Notes: generated from the letters alone by a model not told the origin. Counted from the first letter of the stretch, positions 1-10,242 are shown. The stretch: DNA of 64,000 nucleotides from an uncultured Phycisphaerales bacterium (GCA_963755915.1 CAVWLP010000002.1:1920001-1984000); one strand, 5' to 3'. Made by a program: numbers and translations.

Positions 1-1404
1 GTGTTCACCGGGTTCAATCCGTTTCTGGCGCTGCGGGTCATTTTTCAGGCTAACGACTATCTTCCGCCAAACCTCGCGGACCTGCCGGCGAATTACCAAT
101 CGTGGCCCGTCGGTTGGTTCTGGACCAGTCCCGCGTCGTTCTATATCTGCTTCATGCTTTCCCTGAGTCTGGCGATGACGATTCCGTCGGTGCTGCTGCT
201 GCGGCGATTGGCGCAATCGACGACCTCGCTGCGGAGCTGGTTTTTGCAGCTCATTCACGTCAGCAAGGGCGACCGCTCGCGCAAGCCGCGGCCGGTGTGG
301 CATAACCCCATCGCCTGGCGGGAAGCGAAAACCAAAGCCTCCGCGGCTCGCGCCACCGTTTTGCGCTATGGGTTCATCATTGCGGGGATGATCGGGGCGG
401 TGGTGCTGGTGGTGATGCACAGCACGGAAGAGAAGCCGCCGATGTATATCGATCACAGCAGCTTCGACAACACCAAGAACACGCTCTATATCGACGGGAG
501 CAACAAGCCGGAGATGGTGGTGTCAAGCAACGTGGAGGTGAAGATCAACCAGAACGACGCGAGCCAGGATGCGCTCTATGGCAAATACCAGGTGACGAAC
601 TATACGCAGGACGGCACCGGCGCGATTGCCACGATTGATTTAGCGCCCTATCCGCGCGAGCTGAGCGAAGAGCAGGCGCGGAACTGGCTGCTGGGGCTGA
701 GCATCGTGGAGTTTTCGGTGATCCTGCTGATCATCTCCAACGCCGCCGCCAGCACGGTGACGCGCGAGAAGGAGGACGGTACGCTGGACCTGCTGCTTTC
801 GACGCCGATCACCAGCCGGTACTACATCTGGGGCAAGCTGCGCGGCTTGGTGGCGTTTGTGCTGCCGCTGATCGCGGTGCCGTTCGCGAGCTGCCTGATT
901 TTCATCTTTCACGACCTGACCCGCTGGCTCGCCGAGCACGACAGCAGCTTTCAGTGGATCGTCTTCCCCGAAGCGATCCTGATGATGCCGGCCATGCTGA
1001 TCATCGTCTGCGCCTTCGCGGCGATTCTGGGGATGCAGATGTCCCTGCGCTGCCGGACGACGGTGCGGGCGGTGATGAGCAGCATCGGCATCATCGTTGG
1101 GGCATGTGCCGGATTGGGATGGTGCGGCTACACAGTCCTGAATTCCCAGGTGCCGCCGGCGATGGCCGTGGCCATCGGGGCGCTGAGTCCCTTCACGGTC
1201 CTGACGATCCTGATCAACCCCTACCAGTTCGGCGGCGACGGGTTTAACGTGAACGGCGGAACCAACTACGACCCGGTAACCGCCCGGCTCGTGGCGTTTA
1301 TCTTCTGCATCCTGGCCATCGCGGGATATGCGGCGATTATCTGGTCGATGTATAAGTCGATGGTGAAGAATTTTGATATGACGATTCGGAAGCAGTCGAG
1401 ATAG
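1..1404 (+). CDS. ABC-2-type transporter permease subunit (5'-partial, begins upstream of window)
   Basis: Multiple hydrophobic segments plus the motifs 'NPIAWRE' and 'STVTREKEDGTLDLLLSTP...IWGKL' typical of ABC-2 permeases; frame open from base 1. Confidence 0.85.
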   Translation: MFTGFNPFLALRVIFQANDYLPPNLADLPANYQSWPVGWFWTSPASFYICFMLSLSLAMTIPSVLLLRRLAQSTTSLRSWFLQLIHVSKGDRSRKPRPVWHNPIAWREAKTKASAARATVLRYGFIIAGMIGAVVLVVMHSTEEKPPMYIDHSSFDNTKNTLYIDGSNKPEMVVSSNVEVKINQNDASQDALYGKYQVTNYTQDGTGAIATIDLAPYPRELSEEQARNWLLGLSIVEFSVILLIISNAAASTVTREKEDGTLDLLLSTPITSRYYIWGKLRGLVAFVLPLIAVPFASCLIFIFHDLTRWLAEHDSSFQWIVFPEAILMMPAMLIIVCAFAAILGMQMSLRCRTTVRAVMSSIGIIVGACAGLGWCGYTVLNSQVPPAMAVAIGALSPFTVLTILINPYQFGGDGFNVNGGTNYDPVTARLVAFIFCILAIAGYAAIIWSMYKSMVKNFDMTIRKQSR

Positions 1405-1784
1405 ATATTTTCGGGGCCCGCCTTCATTTCGCGCTCGGGGGCATCGGGTACAAAAGGTAACAGTCCGCAACAAGCTGGGGAAGATGGGTAAAATAGGGGA
1501 GCTATTTCGGGGAATTTGGTCATTGTTTATATTCTATTGTGTCCGTTCAATGATGTGGGGTCGCGGGGAAATTCGAAACTCGAAAGGGGTGCGGTGCTCG
1601 TCGGGGCATCCGAAGAAGATAACCGCAAAGGCGCCAAGGACTCAGAGTAGAAATGGCGGCAGGTTTCGCGAGGCGGCGGAGGTCCGGACGTTTGTCCATC
1701 TCGCTTTTTCATCAGCATCGGCCGCGCGGTCGGGGCGGGAATTGATGCCGTTTTGGCCCCGCATTGGCATCATACCTTCGCTAT

Positions 1785-3038
1785 TCATTGATCCGAGGCG
1801 ACTTGAATCGCGCGATACGTTCGCGTCGGCGTTGTGTCGTCGAAACGGAGCACTGGATGACCGTCTGGCATGATCCTAACCCAAGGATCGGAAAGCTCTG
1901 AATCTGTAAAGGTCCACGGAGTACACACATCCCCGTTTGGTGGTGAGAAATGGAGCGAGGCGCGATCTTGGCTTAGGATTAGATAGCCGTTGGCGAATAT
2001 TCGGAGGCTGGTAATGCGTTCAGCGACACTTGCGTTTACAAAGACTGCGACCCAGGCTTCATCCAAATCTTTGAGCGTCAGCTGATCGGGATCGTTGGCG
2101 AATTCACTGAAGCCGCCGCTCGCGCCAATCGACTCGATACGATCTGGCTTTATTCTTGCCGCCGTTGAGATCGTGCGTCTCTGCGATGCGACGGCAGGCT
2201 CGGTCGCTTTAGCCTCACTTTCACTGATCTGTTCCGACCAGAACGCGCTGAGGATACAATTACGCGCTCCTCCCGAGAATGTGGTTTCACGAATTTTCGT
2301 CTCATTGCACGTAGCTAGCATCAATGCTTGGTGAGCACTCAAAATTCCTGGTCGTTCAATACAGAGCAACGCTCGAAAATGGGCGTCCACCTCGATCGGC
2401 CCACTCAGCCTTAGGCGAAAGAAAAGACTTCGTAGGGGTCGGCTCTGTTCCAGCAAAAACTCAATTCGCGCTAAACGGTCCTCAACTTTATTGATGGTGC
2501 TTTCGATTGCCGACTGAATTCTGACGCCCCAACGATTGAAAAAGGTGGCCTGTTCAGCGTCGCTCAGTGCGATTCCTAGGAATTGGAATCGGATAGCCAG
2601 TCCATCCGTTCCATCGAGTAATAGACGAATACGTTCACGGTCGAAAAGTTCACAGTCATTGAAACCCAGTTTTTTTACTTCTCTTATGACGGCATCTCGT
2701 TTTTGGACCGAGAAATTGACATTGGTCATGAACCCAAAGCAGCAATTTTCGGGTTTATTCACAGCCGCCTTCTCAGCATCATCAACCATTTTCCCAAATG
2801 CCCACCGCCGGTCTGCGGGCGAATCGGACACCGAATTTCGGAAGCCCACTCCAATTCGCCAAGGACGCCGCTGCGCGTCTAGGCACTCCATATCCCAACC
2901 GCCGTCTGCGCCGCCTCTGGGTTGGCGTTCCTCAACTTTCTGAAAACGACCGTCAACGCCCAGCACGCCCGCGCACATCCGTTCTCTGCTGAGTTGATTA
3001 CTGTCAAGCCAAGACCGAAGTCGCTCGTCTGTCATCAT
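1785..3038 (-). CDS. Hypothetical protein with N-terminal PD-(D/E)xK restriction-endonuclease-like domain
   Basis: 417-aa ORF; N-terminus 'RERMC...PRGGADGGWD...F.TN...ELFDRERI' follows the E...DGGxD...F.TN pattern of Mrr/REase-like domains; codon usage differs from the GC-rich core. Confidence 0.55.
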   Translation of the reverse strand: MMTDERLRSWLDSNQLSRERMCAGVLGVDGRFQKVEERQPRGGADGGWDMECLDAQRRPWRIGVGFRNSVSDSPADRRWAFGKMVDDAEKAAVNKPENCCFGFMTNVNFSVQKRDAVIREVKKLGFNDCELFDRERIRLLLDGTDGLAIRFQFLGIALSDAEQATFFNRWGVRIQSAIESTINKVEDRLARIEFLLEQSRPLRSLFFRLRLSGPIEVDAHFRALLCIERPGILSAHQALMLATCNETKIRETTFSGGARNCILSAFWSEQISESEAKATEPAVASQRRTISTAARIKPDRIESIGASGGFSEFANDPDQLTLKDLDEAWVAVFVNASVAERITSLRIFANGYLILSQDRASLHFSPPNGDVCTPWTFTDSELSDPWVRIMPDGHPVLRFDDTTPTRTYRAIQVASDQ

Positions 3039-3044
3039 CGACGT

Positions 3045-4468
3045 CTACCTTACGTTCTGATGTCGCCGGACTCGATTGATATTGAAGATTGTTTCGCCCA
3101 AACTAACCTCGCCGGGCAGCCCAAGGGACAGGCGTAGGTCGTCGAGGATATCAACGAAGAGCCGGTGCCATTCATTCAACGATAGCTTAGCCGGCGGCAC
3201 CAATATCTCTTTTACTGATTCCTCCAACAAATTAGCTCGCGCGGATTTGATTCGAAGGCACACGACTTTATCGAATTCTATTCTTTTAGTCGGGTCAGTC
3301 AGTCGCCATTCAAAAGCAAGCTCTAAATATCGTAGCAGTCCAATTAGGATTCGACCGTCCCCAAACTCCTGTAGACCAATGTACGCCTGCCGGATAACGC
3401 CGTCGCGAACGAAATCTGGACAATTACGTTCCGCGTGATCAATTTGCGCTGCCACGCATTGTGATGGTGCACGGAAATCTCTTCGGCGGCATTTTTCACT
3501 AGCTGTCGCGACACTCGGCCAGACTGGATTGCCTTTAGACGTGCGGCCAATTTGCAGTTGAATTCGCGCGGCAGGGGTTCAATCGAAGTGTCAGTGCCTT
3601 TTAAAATGCCGCTGACAACCAAAAATGTAAAAGGGGCACCGCGCCAATCCCTGCAAAGGCGAAAACCATAAGGATCGATTCCGGCTATCCACCAGACGGC
3701 ATCGATGGTTTTTGTAGCTTGGTTAGCGGACGCAACCATCAAATGCTCAAAGGCGGTAATTGGCTTTGTCGAGGCATCCCGTACTTGCTGCAATTCCGCG
3801 ATTTTGTCGTATTGGATTCCCATCACAATCTCTTCGTAGGAATCGTCATCCAGCTTTCGGTGCAAGACAAAGTCTTTTACCAAATCTCGTGCGATCGAGA
3901 GATCGGCTGCGCGGGTGAAGCGATTTGGGCTGTCAAAAAGGAGATGATCGAAAGTCAGCAAAATCGATTTAAGAGCTGCAATCTCCACGTCTAAATCAAA
4001 CAGCGGAACCTCGATGGTTGCGATCCCGAGTTTCGGGGGCGGAATGACCTCAATTTTCATCGGCCGATCAAACTGGCGAGCAATCCTTTTGGGGTCGCGT
4101 CCAACAACGGAGGTTACCTTGTGGGTAAGTGGATCGCGCTCCTCAATGTCTCGTTTTCGACTGAACCTGCCCTGTTTGTCGAATTCGTACTGGCCCTTAT
4201 CGCCGCGGACAGACGCCGGAACGGTCGGGGGTTTATGAGAACTCGGTGTGCTTAAGCCAAGCCGATTAAATGCCGGCGCGAATACTTGCGCAAGTTTCAA
4301 ATCGACGCTATCTCCTGCCGCCTCGTTAAAGCGATTTGAAGACATACGCTTGCTTTTTATTCTGCCTCCGACCGATTGGGGAATCGTGTGCTCGTACTTC
4401 GTTTTCAGAGAGAGTACGTCGCCAGTAAATAGACATGTCGCAGTAGAGCACGATTTCATGGTCTGCAA
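3045..4468 (-). CDS. HNH-endonuclease-domain protein (split by a frameshift near 3445)
   Basis: N-terminal 'CLFTG...EHTIPQSVGG...SNRFN' is an HNH-type signature; ORFs 3344..4468 and 3045..3455 overlap and read as one protein across a single frameshift. Confidence 0.6.
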
Positions 4469-4594
4469 TCATCACTCCCACTGTTTCGCGTGTGGCATAG
4501 TGATCGGCCTTGGTGTTGCAAGGCGGCTCGACGATATTCTATTAGGACTATATGGCTTCGTCGCTACCGCCACCGGTCGGGCGAGCGGGGCCAA

Positions 4595-4624
4595 GACGTG
4601 ATCGCATGTCGAAAGGCCCACGTC
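4595..4624. repeat. 30-bp imperfect palindromic site, copy 1 (GACGTGATCGCATGTCGAAAGGCCCACGTC)
   Basis: 23/30 identical to 10015..10044; GACGTG...CACGTC arms; intergenic between the HNH and FRG genes. Confidence 0.7.
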
Positions 4625-4728
4625 GTCGGTCCACCGCCCCACTTGCAGGATGGCCAATGGAGGGGCGCGCTGTCGCAATTCTGAACTCAATTTGACGTAC
4701 TCAAATAGTTGTTTAGCTTGTTCCAGGC

Positions 4729-5658
4729 ATGGCCGATCCGAAATATAGAACCCATGAAACGCCAGTTTCCACCTTATCTGGGTTTATTGAGTGCGTTGAC
4801 GAGCAGAGATGGAACGCATTTCTCGCAGGAAAGAAAAGCGATTTTTTCTTTCGGGGTCTGCAGGAGGATTTGCCGTTACAGCCGAAGGTCGGGTGGATGG
4901 AGTGGCACGGCGACAGATTTAAATTAGAGCGCCTTGTGCTCGAAGAATTCGAGCGTACGACGCCGCGGATTGCGCGGCTGACGATGAGCAGCGATTGGGA
5001 TCTTATGGCCGTCGCTCAGCATCACGGATTGCCGACCAGGTTGCTGGACTGGAGCCAGAGCGCGGTTGCGGCGCTTTGGTTCGCTGTCAAAGACGGCGCG
5101 AAAAGAAACAAATCAAATAACAAAAAGAAATGTGGCGTTGTTTGGATTCTGAAGCCTGACGTCGGCGATTTTCTGAATGGAGATGACTTAAGAAGGCAAT
5201 CACCGTTCAAAATAACTCGAAGTAGGATTTTCCGGCCGCGAGTCATTGCGGATCGAATTCATGCGCAGTCTGGCGTGTTTACAGTTCACGCGAGCGCTCA
5301 CTCTAGCGGTGGCGAGCGCCTAATTCCTTTGGAGGTAAATTCAATTTTCACCAAGAAACTGTACAAGATTCCAATTTCGCCCGACGGATTCGAGCGGATC
5401 CGCGAGCAGCTATAAGTCTGTGGCATAAACGAGGCTACTCTTTTTCCTGATTTAGATGGATTTTGCAGGCACCTCAGATGGAGATATACGCGGGAGACGA
5501 AAGATAGCGGCGATATACCAGATGCACGAATTCTTGCCATTCTAAATGAATTTCACTTGAAAGCGAAAGCCGGTAATTGCACCGCTCGAGGGCGTGTGCG
5601 CGCTTACTTGGGCGTCCTTGGGCATCGCGGCGGTCTAGGGAATACGGACATAATGTGA
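4729..5658 (+). pseudogene. FRG-domain protein with in-frame premature TAA at 5413..5415
   Basis: 'FFFRG', 'AQHHGLPTRLLDWS' and 'RIHAQSGVF' are FRG motifs; the family C-terminal motif 'GINEATLFPDLDG' follows the TAA in the same frame; next stop at 5656..5658. Confidence 0.8.
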
Positions 5659-6023
5659 GGCCTAGCTTTCAGGGGGTGTTGCCGACAATTGACAGGTGAT
5701 TTTCGGTAAAGTGTCGGGCGCACCCATTCATGATTCATAAAGTTCCTAAGAGACGGCCACCGCACCTTAAGAAACAGGAAGAATGCCATTGCCCAAATCC
5801 CCCATCTCGCCCAGTTTGATGCGGACTGTCCAATTTTGTATTTGAGTGTTCGGCGGCAAATCGTTGACTCCGCCGCTCACGCTCGCGTCGTGAGGCACAT
5901 TAACTCTCGCCAATGAAACCAGCGCATGAGCGCTTATCGATGTCAGTCATCACTTCAAATGCCACCACCGATCATCGGATCAAATGCCACCACGTCCGAT
6001 ATATCGCAATCGACCGTCCCATT

Positions 6024-6935
6024 TCAAATTGACGCCGAGTTGTTGACTACCGGCGAGGCCGCTTCGGCAGGCTGAACCCCCACGCCAGAAGACAATGGCT
6101 TTCTGGCATCGGTGTCTTCCGGAGGGGAAAGCCCTTCATCGCCGCCGGTACTCCGGCGTCCTCGCGGTTTGGTGGATTCGATGCTTTCAGCGGTAGGCTT
6201 CGCCTCCGCGGCACGGTCTCGCAACCGATAGCTTCTGCCGGTGATCGCGATCACCTCGGCGTTGTGCAGGAAGCGATCGAGGATTGCCGTGGCGGCCGGT
6301 ACGTCGCCGATCAATTTGCCCCAGTCTTCGAGCGGCCGGTTGCTGGTCATCATGGTGGAGCGAACCTGGTAACGCCGCATGATGATCTCGAAGAGATATT
6401 CGCCGGAGCGTTTGGGCAATTGCTTCATGCCCATATCGTCGATGATGAGCAGATCGGGCCGGAGATACCGCTCCATGATTTTGTCCTGCTGGTTGAGGGC
6501 CTCATCGTGCAGGAAGTCGCGCACCACGTCGAAGATCGAGCGGTAAAGCACGACCGATCCGTTCTTGATGGCTTGGTATCCCAGTGCCTGGGCGATGTGA
6601 CTTTTTCCCAGACCCGGCGGCCCGATCAGCAAGACATCCCGCGCCTCGCGGATGAACCGGCCGGTTGCCAGCTCGAAGATCTGCTTGCGTTTGACCGACG
6701 AGTTGAAGGAAAAGTCGAACTCGTCGAGGGTCTTGAGTTCCCGAAAGCCCGCGATCTTGACGCGCCGGGCGATCAGGCGTTCATTGCGAATGAGCAATTC
6801 ATCCTGAAGCACCAGTTCCAAAAACTCGCCGTGGGAAAGCTGATGGCCGGCGGCTTCCTGCAAGCGCACGTCCAAGGTGGAGGCCAAGCCCGAAAGCCGA
6901 AGGCGGGTCAGGGCGGTTCGTAACGATTCGTTCAT
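6024..6935 (-). CDS. istB: IS21 helper AAA+ ATPase IstB
   Basis: Walker A GPPGLGKS, Walker B LLIIDD, 'TSN', 'ILDR...G.SYRL'; AAGGAG RBS before the ATG. Confidence 0.95.
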   Translation of the reverse strand: MNESLRTALTRLRLSGLASTLDVRLQEAAGHQLSHGEFLELVLQDELLIRNERLIARRVKIAGFRELKTLDEFDFSFNSSVKRKQIFELATGRFIREARDVLLIGPPGLGKSHIAQALGYQAIKNGSVVLYRSIFDVVRDFLHDEALNQQDKIMERYLRPDLLIIDDMGMKQLPKRSGEYLFEIIMRRYQVRSTMMTSNRPLEDWGKLIGDVPAATAILDRFLHNAEVIAITGRSYRLRDRAAEAKPTAESIESTKPRGRRSTGGDEGLSPPEDTDARKPLSSGVGVQPAEAASPVVNNSASI

Positions 6936-6945
6936 AAATCTCCTT

Positions 6946-8597
6946 TCAAAAAAGTGGAGGCTTTGCCTCCACGGGGGTGTTATCGAAAGCGTCATGGACC
7001 AGTTGGGAGTAATCCGAAAGCGACCGGATCAGGGGATGCTCGGCGACGAACTCGAACTGTTGCTGTTGCGCGGCGGATTCCGATCGTTTCAGCAGATTGC
7101 GGATGTCGCGCAGCCGATGGGTGCCGTGCCCTTGAGCCACCTGACAGGCCTGTTCGATCATTTTGGCGGGATGGCGATGCGTGAGACTGACCAGCCCCAT
7201 CACCACGCGCAAGGCGTGAATCCCCCGGCAATTCAGGACATTTTCAGCCCATTGGCCGGCGTGGGGACCGATGGCGCTGGCCTTGTTCATCCACCAGGCC
7301 GCGCCGCGTTCGATCCCGCCGCGCTTCTCGGGAACGATGTGACGATCATCGGTGGCGAAGCGTCCCGGCTCGTGCTGAACGTGGATGGCAACCTGCCGAA
7401 GCTGAGAATCAAAGAGCCGGACGACGTGCCCGTCCCAGCGCGCCCAGATGGTCCGGCCGAGGAACTCCGGCGGCGCCGAGTAATACGCCTTGGCCACCTC
7501 CACGTGGCCATCACGGTTGACGATCCGCTGGGCTTCCTGAAAACAGGGGAACCGTCCCGGCGGAAGAGGCAATAGCGCCGGCTTCTCCACTTCCGCGAAC
7601 ATCCTCGCCACCTGCTTGCGCGTGGTGCCATGAATGCGCGTGTCGGCGATGGTCGATTCCCATTCGGCCAGGAATTGGTTCTGCTCGGAAAGGCTCTTGA
7701 AGGTTCGGGCCTTGAGAGCATTCCCCTGGGCGTATCCGACGCCGCGTTCGATCTTTCCCTTGTGCCGTGGCGTCCTTGGGCGCGTCGGCAAAATGACGGT
7801 GCCGTAGTGACGCGCGAACTCCTGAATCTTGGGATTCAGATCGGGATCGTACCAGTCGGCATGGGTGACGGCCGCTTTGAGATTGTCGATCACCAGAGTT
7901 CTGGGAACACCGCCGAAGTGAATGAAGGCGTTTTCGATGCAGCGGATGAACTGCTCGGTGGTCTGCCGGGGCGTCACTTCGCTGTAGGCTTTGCGCGAGC
8001 AGCTCAGCACGATGCGGAACAGGTGGGGACGGGTTCGTTTGCCGTCGGGTGTGACGAGGGGCGCGCCCTTGCCGAAGTCCACCTGGGCCTCGGCGCCGGG
8101 GCGCATTCCATTCGCCGATAGGGCAATCCGTTGGTTCCGGCACGGTTGAGCCGCTGGACAAATCGCTGGACCGGTTGGTAAGGACCGTCGAAGCCATGAT
8201 CGGCAGCCAAGTCCTGCCAGATACGCTTGGCCGTCAGGCCTTGCTCAAGACCCTGAAGGATGACGGCGCGCCATGGCTCGCACTGGCTGTGACGGCCGGA
8301 AAACCCGGTAATCGAAATGGCGGCATTTGAACCGACAGATTCCGCCTCGCCGTGCATTGACCCGGTCATCGGAATGGTGGCATTTGCCTCCGATCTGACC
8401 TCGGACCCGGCAATCAGAATGGCGGCATCTGGATCCGGCGGACCTGCACCGGGTGGTTCGATCACCGCGGATTTAATGTGACGAGAGACCGTCTCCCGGT
8501 CGATGCCCAGTTCCGCGGCGATCCGGCGATACGACCAGTTCAGTCGCGCAAGTCCCAAGATTGTCTGATGTTCCGCCATTGTGAGCCGATTCGACAT
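6946..8597 (-). CDS. istA: IS21 transposase IstA (1-bp homopolymer frameshift near 8100)
   Basis: HTH N-terminus, 'EAQVDFG', 'DNLKAAV', 'KGKIER'; G4 here versus the corresponding C5 run in the intact copy at 47464..49116. Confidence 0.93.
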
Positions 8598-8762
8598 CCG
8601 CAAGCTCCCACCGGCGAGCAGCCGGGAAGCTTACGGACCGAATCTGCGCCTCTCCAAAATGGCGGCATTTGAAGTGATGTTACGTGGCGTGATTTAAGTG
8701 ATGCCTGACATCGAAGGGCTCACATCCGGGTTGGTTCCCCGCGCGATTTCTCTGGAAGATCT

Positions 8763-9770
8763 TCACGCCCCGGTGCCGCGGCGGCGCCGGCGGAGCAGGC
8801 TGGCCGATGTGGCTGCGGCAAGCAATGCGACAACCGTGGGCTCGGGCACTTGGGTATCGAATACGCCGGATTGGGACGTAAAGGTTATTCCCGCCGGCAG
8901 GTTGAAGCTCAGCGAATCGGCGAGGTTAAAACTGGCGCCAAGTCCAGCGCCGCCATTGGCGTAAAATCCAAAATTCACCTGGGGCGAGGCGCCGGTCACG
9001 GCATAGTCAGCGGTGAAGATCGCTGATCCGGGGCCGGTGTCGGTCAGGCTTTGGGAAGAAAAGCCGGAGACAGTGTCGCCGGGATTGAGGCCGGTGTAGG
9101 TGGCGCCCTGCAGGAAAGTGGCGTTGCCGCCATTGATAGTGAGGTAGGCGGTCCCGCTGCCATATCCGTTGCCAGCGGCGCCATTGCTTGAGATGGTGAA
9201 TGTGAGCGGGATTTGTGTGACCGTGCTTGGGGTCGCTCCGGGAATGTTGAACGTCAAACCATCGCTGTCTTGAGCGTAACCACCGGCGGTCGCCCCGACC
9301 GTACCGTTTCCAGTGCCCGACAATTGTATCGAAACAGTTCCCGTCGGAAGGCTGGAAGAGACGAGCGAACTGGAGGTATATCCTGCAGGCACGCCGTTAG
9401 CTTGCGATTGCACAGTCTCGGAAGTGGCGTTGCCGACGTTGTCGGTGGCGGTCGCAGATCCACTGATTGCCGCCCCGGGATCATTGTCATTGACTTCCAC
9501 TTCGTAACCAAGCCCAGCCTGGGGGGGGTCGTTCGGTGCACTGAGATTAATGTTGTAAGCGTATATCCCGCTGTCGTCGCCGTACCCGACATTCGAGTTA
9601 TCGAACACCTGGGCATGCGCCGCGACGGCCGGCAGAAGGCCAAGCGCCGCCCCAAGTACCAGAAGTCTGGCCCGGCTTGGAATCCGAGGGGTTTTCAGTG
9701 AGACATTTTGAGATGGTTTGGCCAGTTGAGATGATTTGACTGGCCGAACGATTGCATTTCCCATTTCCAC
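8763..9770 (-). CDS. PEP-CTERM sorting-domain surface protein
   Basis: Signal peptide ending 'AAHA', Gly/Ser/Thr/Asn-rich body, C-terminal 'VPEPT'+TM+'RRRRR'. Exact start uncertain. Confidence 0.9.
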   Translation of the reverse strand: MEMGNAIVRPVKSSQLAKPSQNVSLKTPRIPSRARLLVLGAALGLLPAVAAHAQVFDNSNVGYGDDSGIYAYNINLSAPNDPPQAGLGYEVEVNDNDPGAAISGSATATDNVGNATSETVQSQANGVPAGYTSSSLVSSSLPTGTVSIQLSGTGNGTVGATAGGYAQDSDGLTFNIPGATPSTVTQIPLTFTISSNGAAGNGYGSGTAYLTINGGNATFLQGATYTGLNPGDTVSGFSSQSLTDTGPGSAIFTADYAVTGASPQVNFGFYANGGAGLGASFNLADSLSFNLPAGITFTSQSGVFDTQVPEPTVVALLAAATSASLLRRRRRGTGA

Positions 9771-10014
9771 TCCTCCAGGGGCCTTGAAGGCCGCGCGAGC
9801 CGAAGAACGATTCCGACTCGAGGCATTTCAATTCCCTTTTTGCGACAAGCTATGTGCGGTTCCCGACTAACGTGAGGCGGCAATATAGTGTATGGCAACA
9901 GCGAATTGCAATCCCTTAAATCAGGGGTATTGCGGATTTTCTGTCTTTTTTTGCTTCGATGCCGCAGGGGTGGTTAGACGACCGGCACGGCTGGCTGGGA
10001 AGATAGGGAAGCGG

Positions 10015-10044
10015 GACGTGGGCGATTATCGAAGGGCTCACGTC
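10015..10044. repeat. 30-bp palindromic site, copy 3 (GACGTGGGCGATTATCGAAGGGCTCACGTC)
   Basis: Arms GGGACGTGGGC / GCTCACGTCCC around a 12-nt spacer; outer arms GGCTGGCTGG / CAAGCCAGCC extend the palindrome. Confidence 0.75.
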
Positions 10045-10054
10045 CCCAAGCCAG

Positions 10055-10131
10055 CCCCCTCCCCAGCTCCCGACAAGTCGGGACTTCGCTTCGCACAGCC
10101 TCCAATCCCCGGGGGGTGCCGGGGGCGGGGG
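10055..10131 (+). repeat. BoxC-like repeat carrying a nested palindromic insert
   Basis: CCCCCTCCCCAGC[TCCCGACAAGTCGGGA-CTTCGCTTCGCA-CAGC]CTCC...CCGGGGGCGGGGG; same ends as 10708..10747. Confidence 0.65.
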
Positions 10132-10242
10132 AAATGCATGTGCGCGAGCATTGATGCGCCTCAGAGCTGCGCGGGTCCTGGGGCAAAATCTTGTCGCTCA
10201 TTTCTTCGGTTTGATTTTTCCGAGGCGTGGATTGCGCCGTTT

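Larger units (their letters stand above)
5941..8710 (-). mobile_element. IS21-family element type A, copy 1 (2770 bp)
   Basis: TGTCA...TGACA ends with repeated CAAATGCC(A/G)CCA motifs, istA-istB pair, TCGA duplicated on both sides (5937..5940, 8711..8714); near-identical to 47351..50121. Confidence 0.97.
5923..8726. repeat. 30-bp palindromic site, copy 2, split at its central TCGA by IS21 (halves 5923..5940 and 8715..8726)
   Basis: Removing the IS and one TCGA copy gives CGCATGAGCGCTTATCGAAGGGCTCACATC, 24/30 identical to 10015..10044. Confidence 0.75.

Noticed and set aside
1687-1703. Possible fourth (half) copy of the 30-bp site, GACGTTTGTCCATCTCG
   Set aside because: Only the left half partly aligns and there is no right arm; too weak to call.
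4595-10044. CRISPR array or classical integron interpretation of the 30-bp repeats
   Set aside because: Spacing is ~1.3 kb with whole genes between copies, no cas genes or intI are present, and attC consensus ends are missing.
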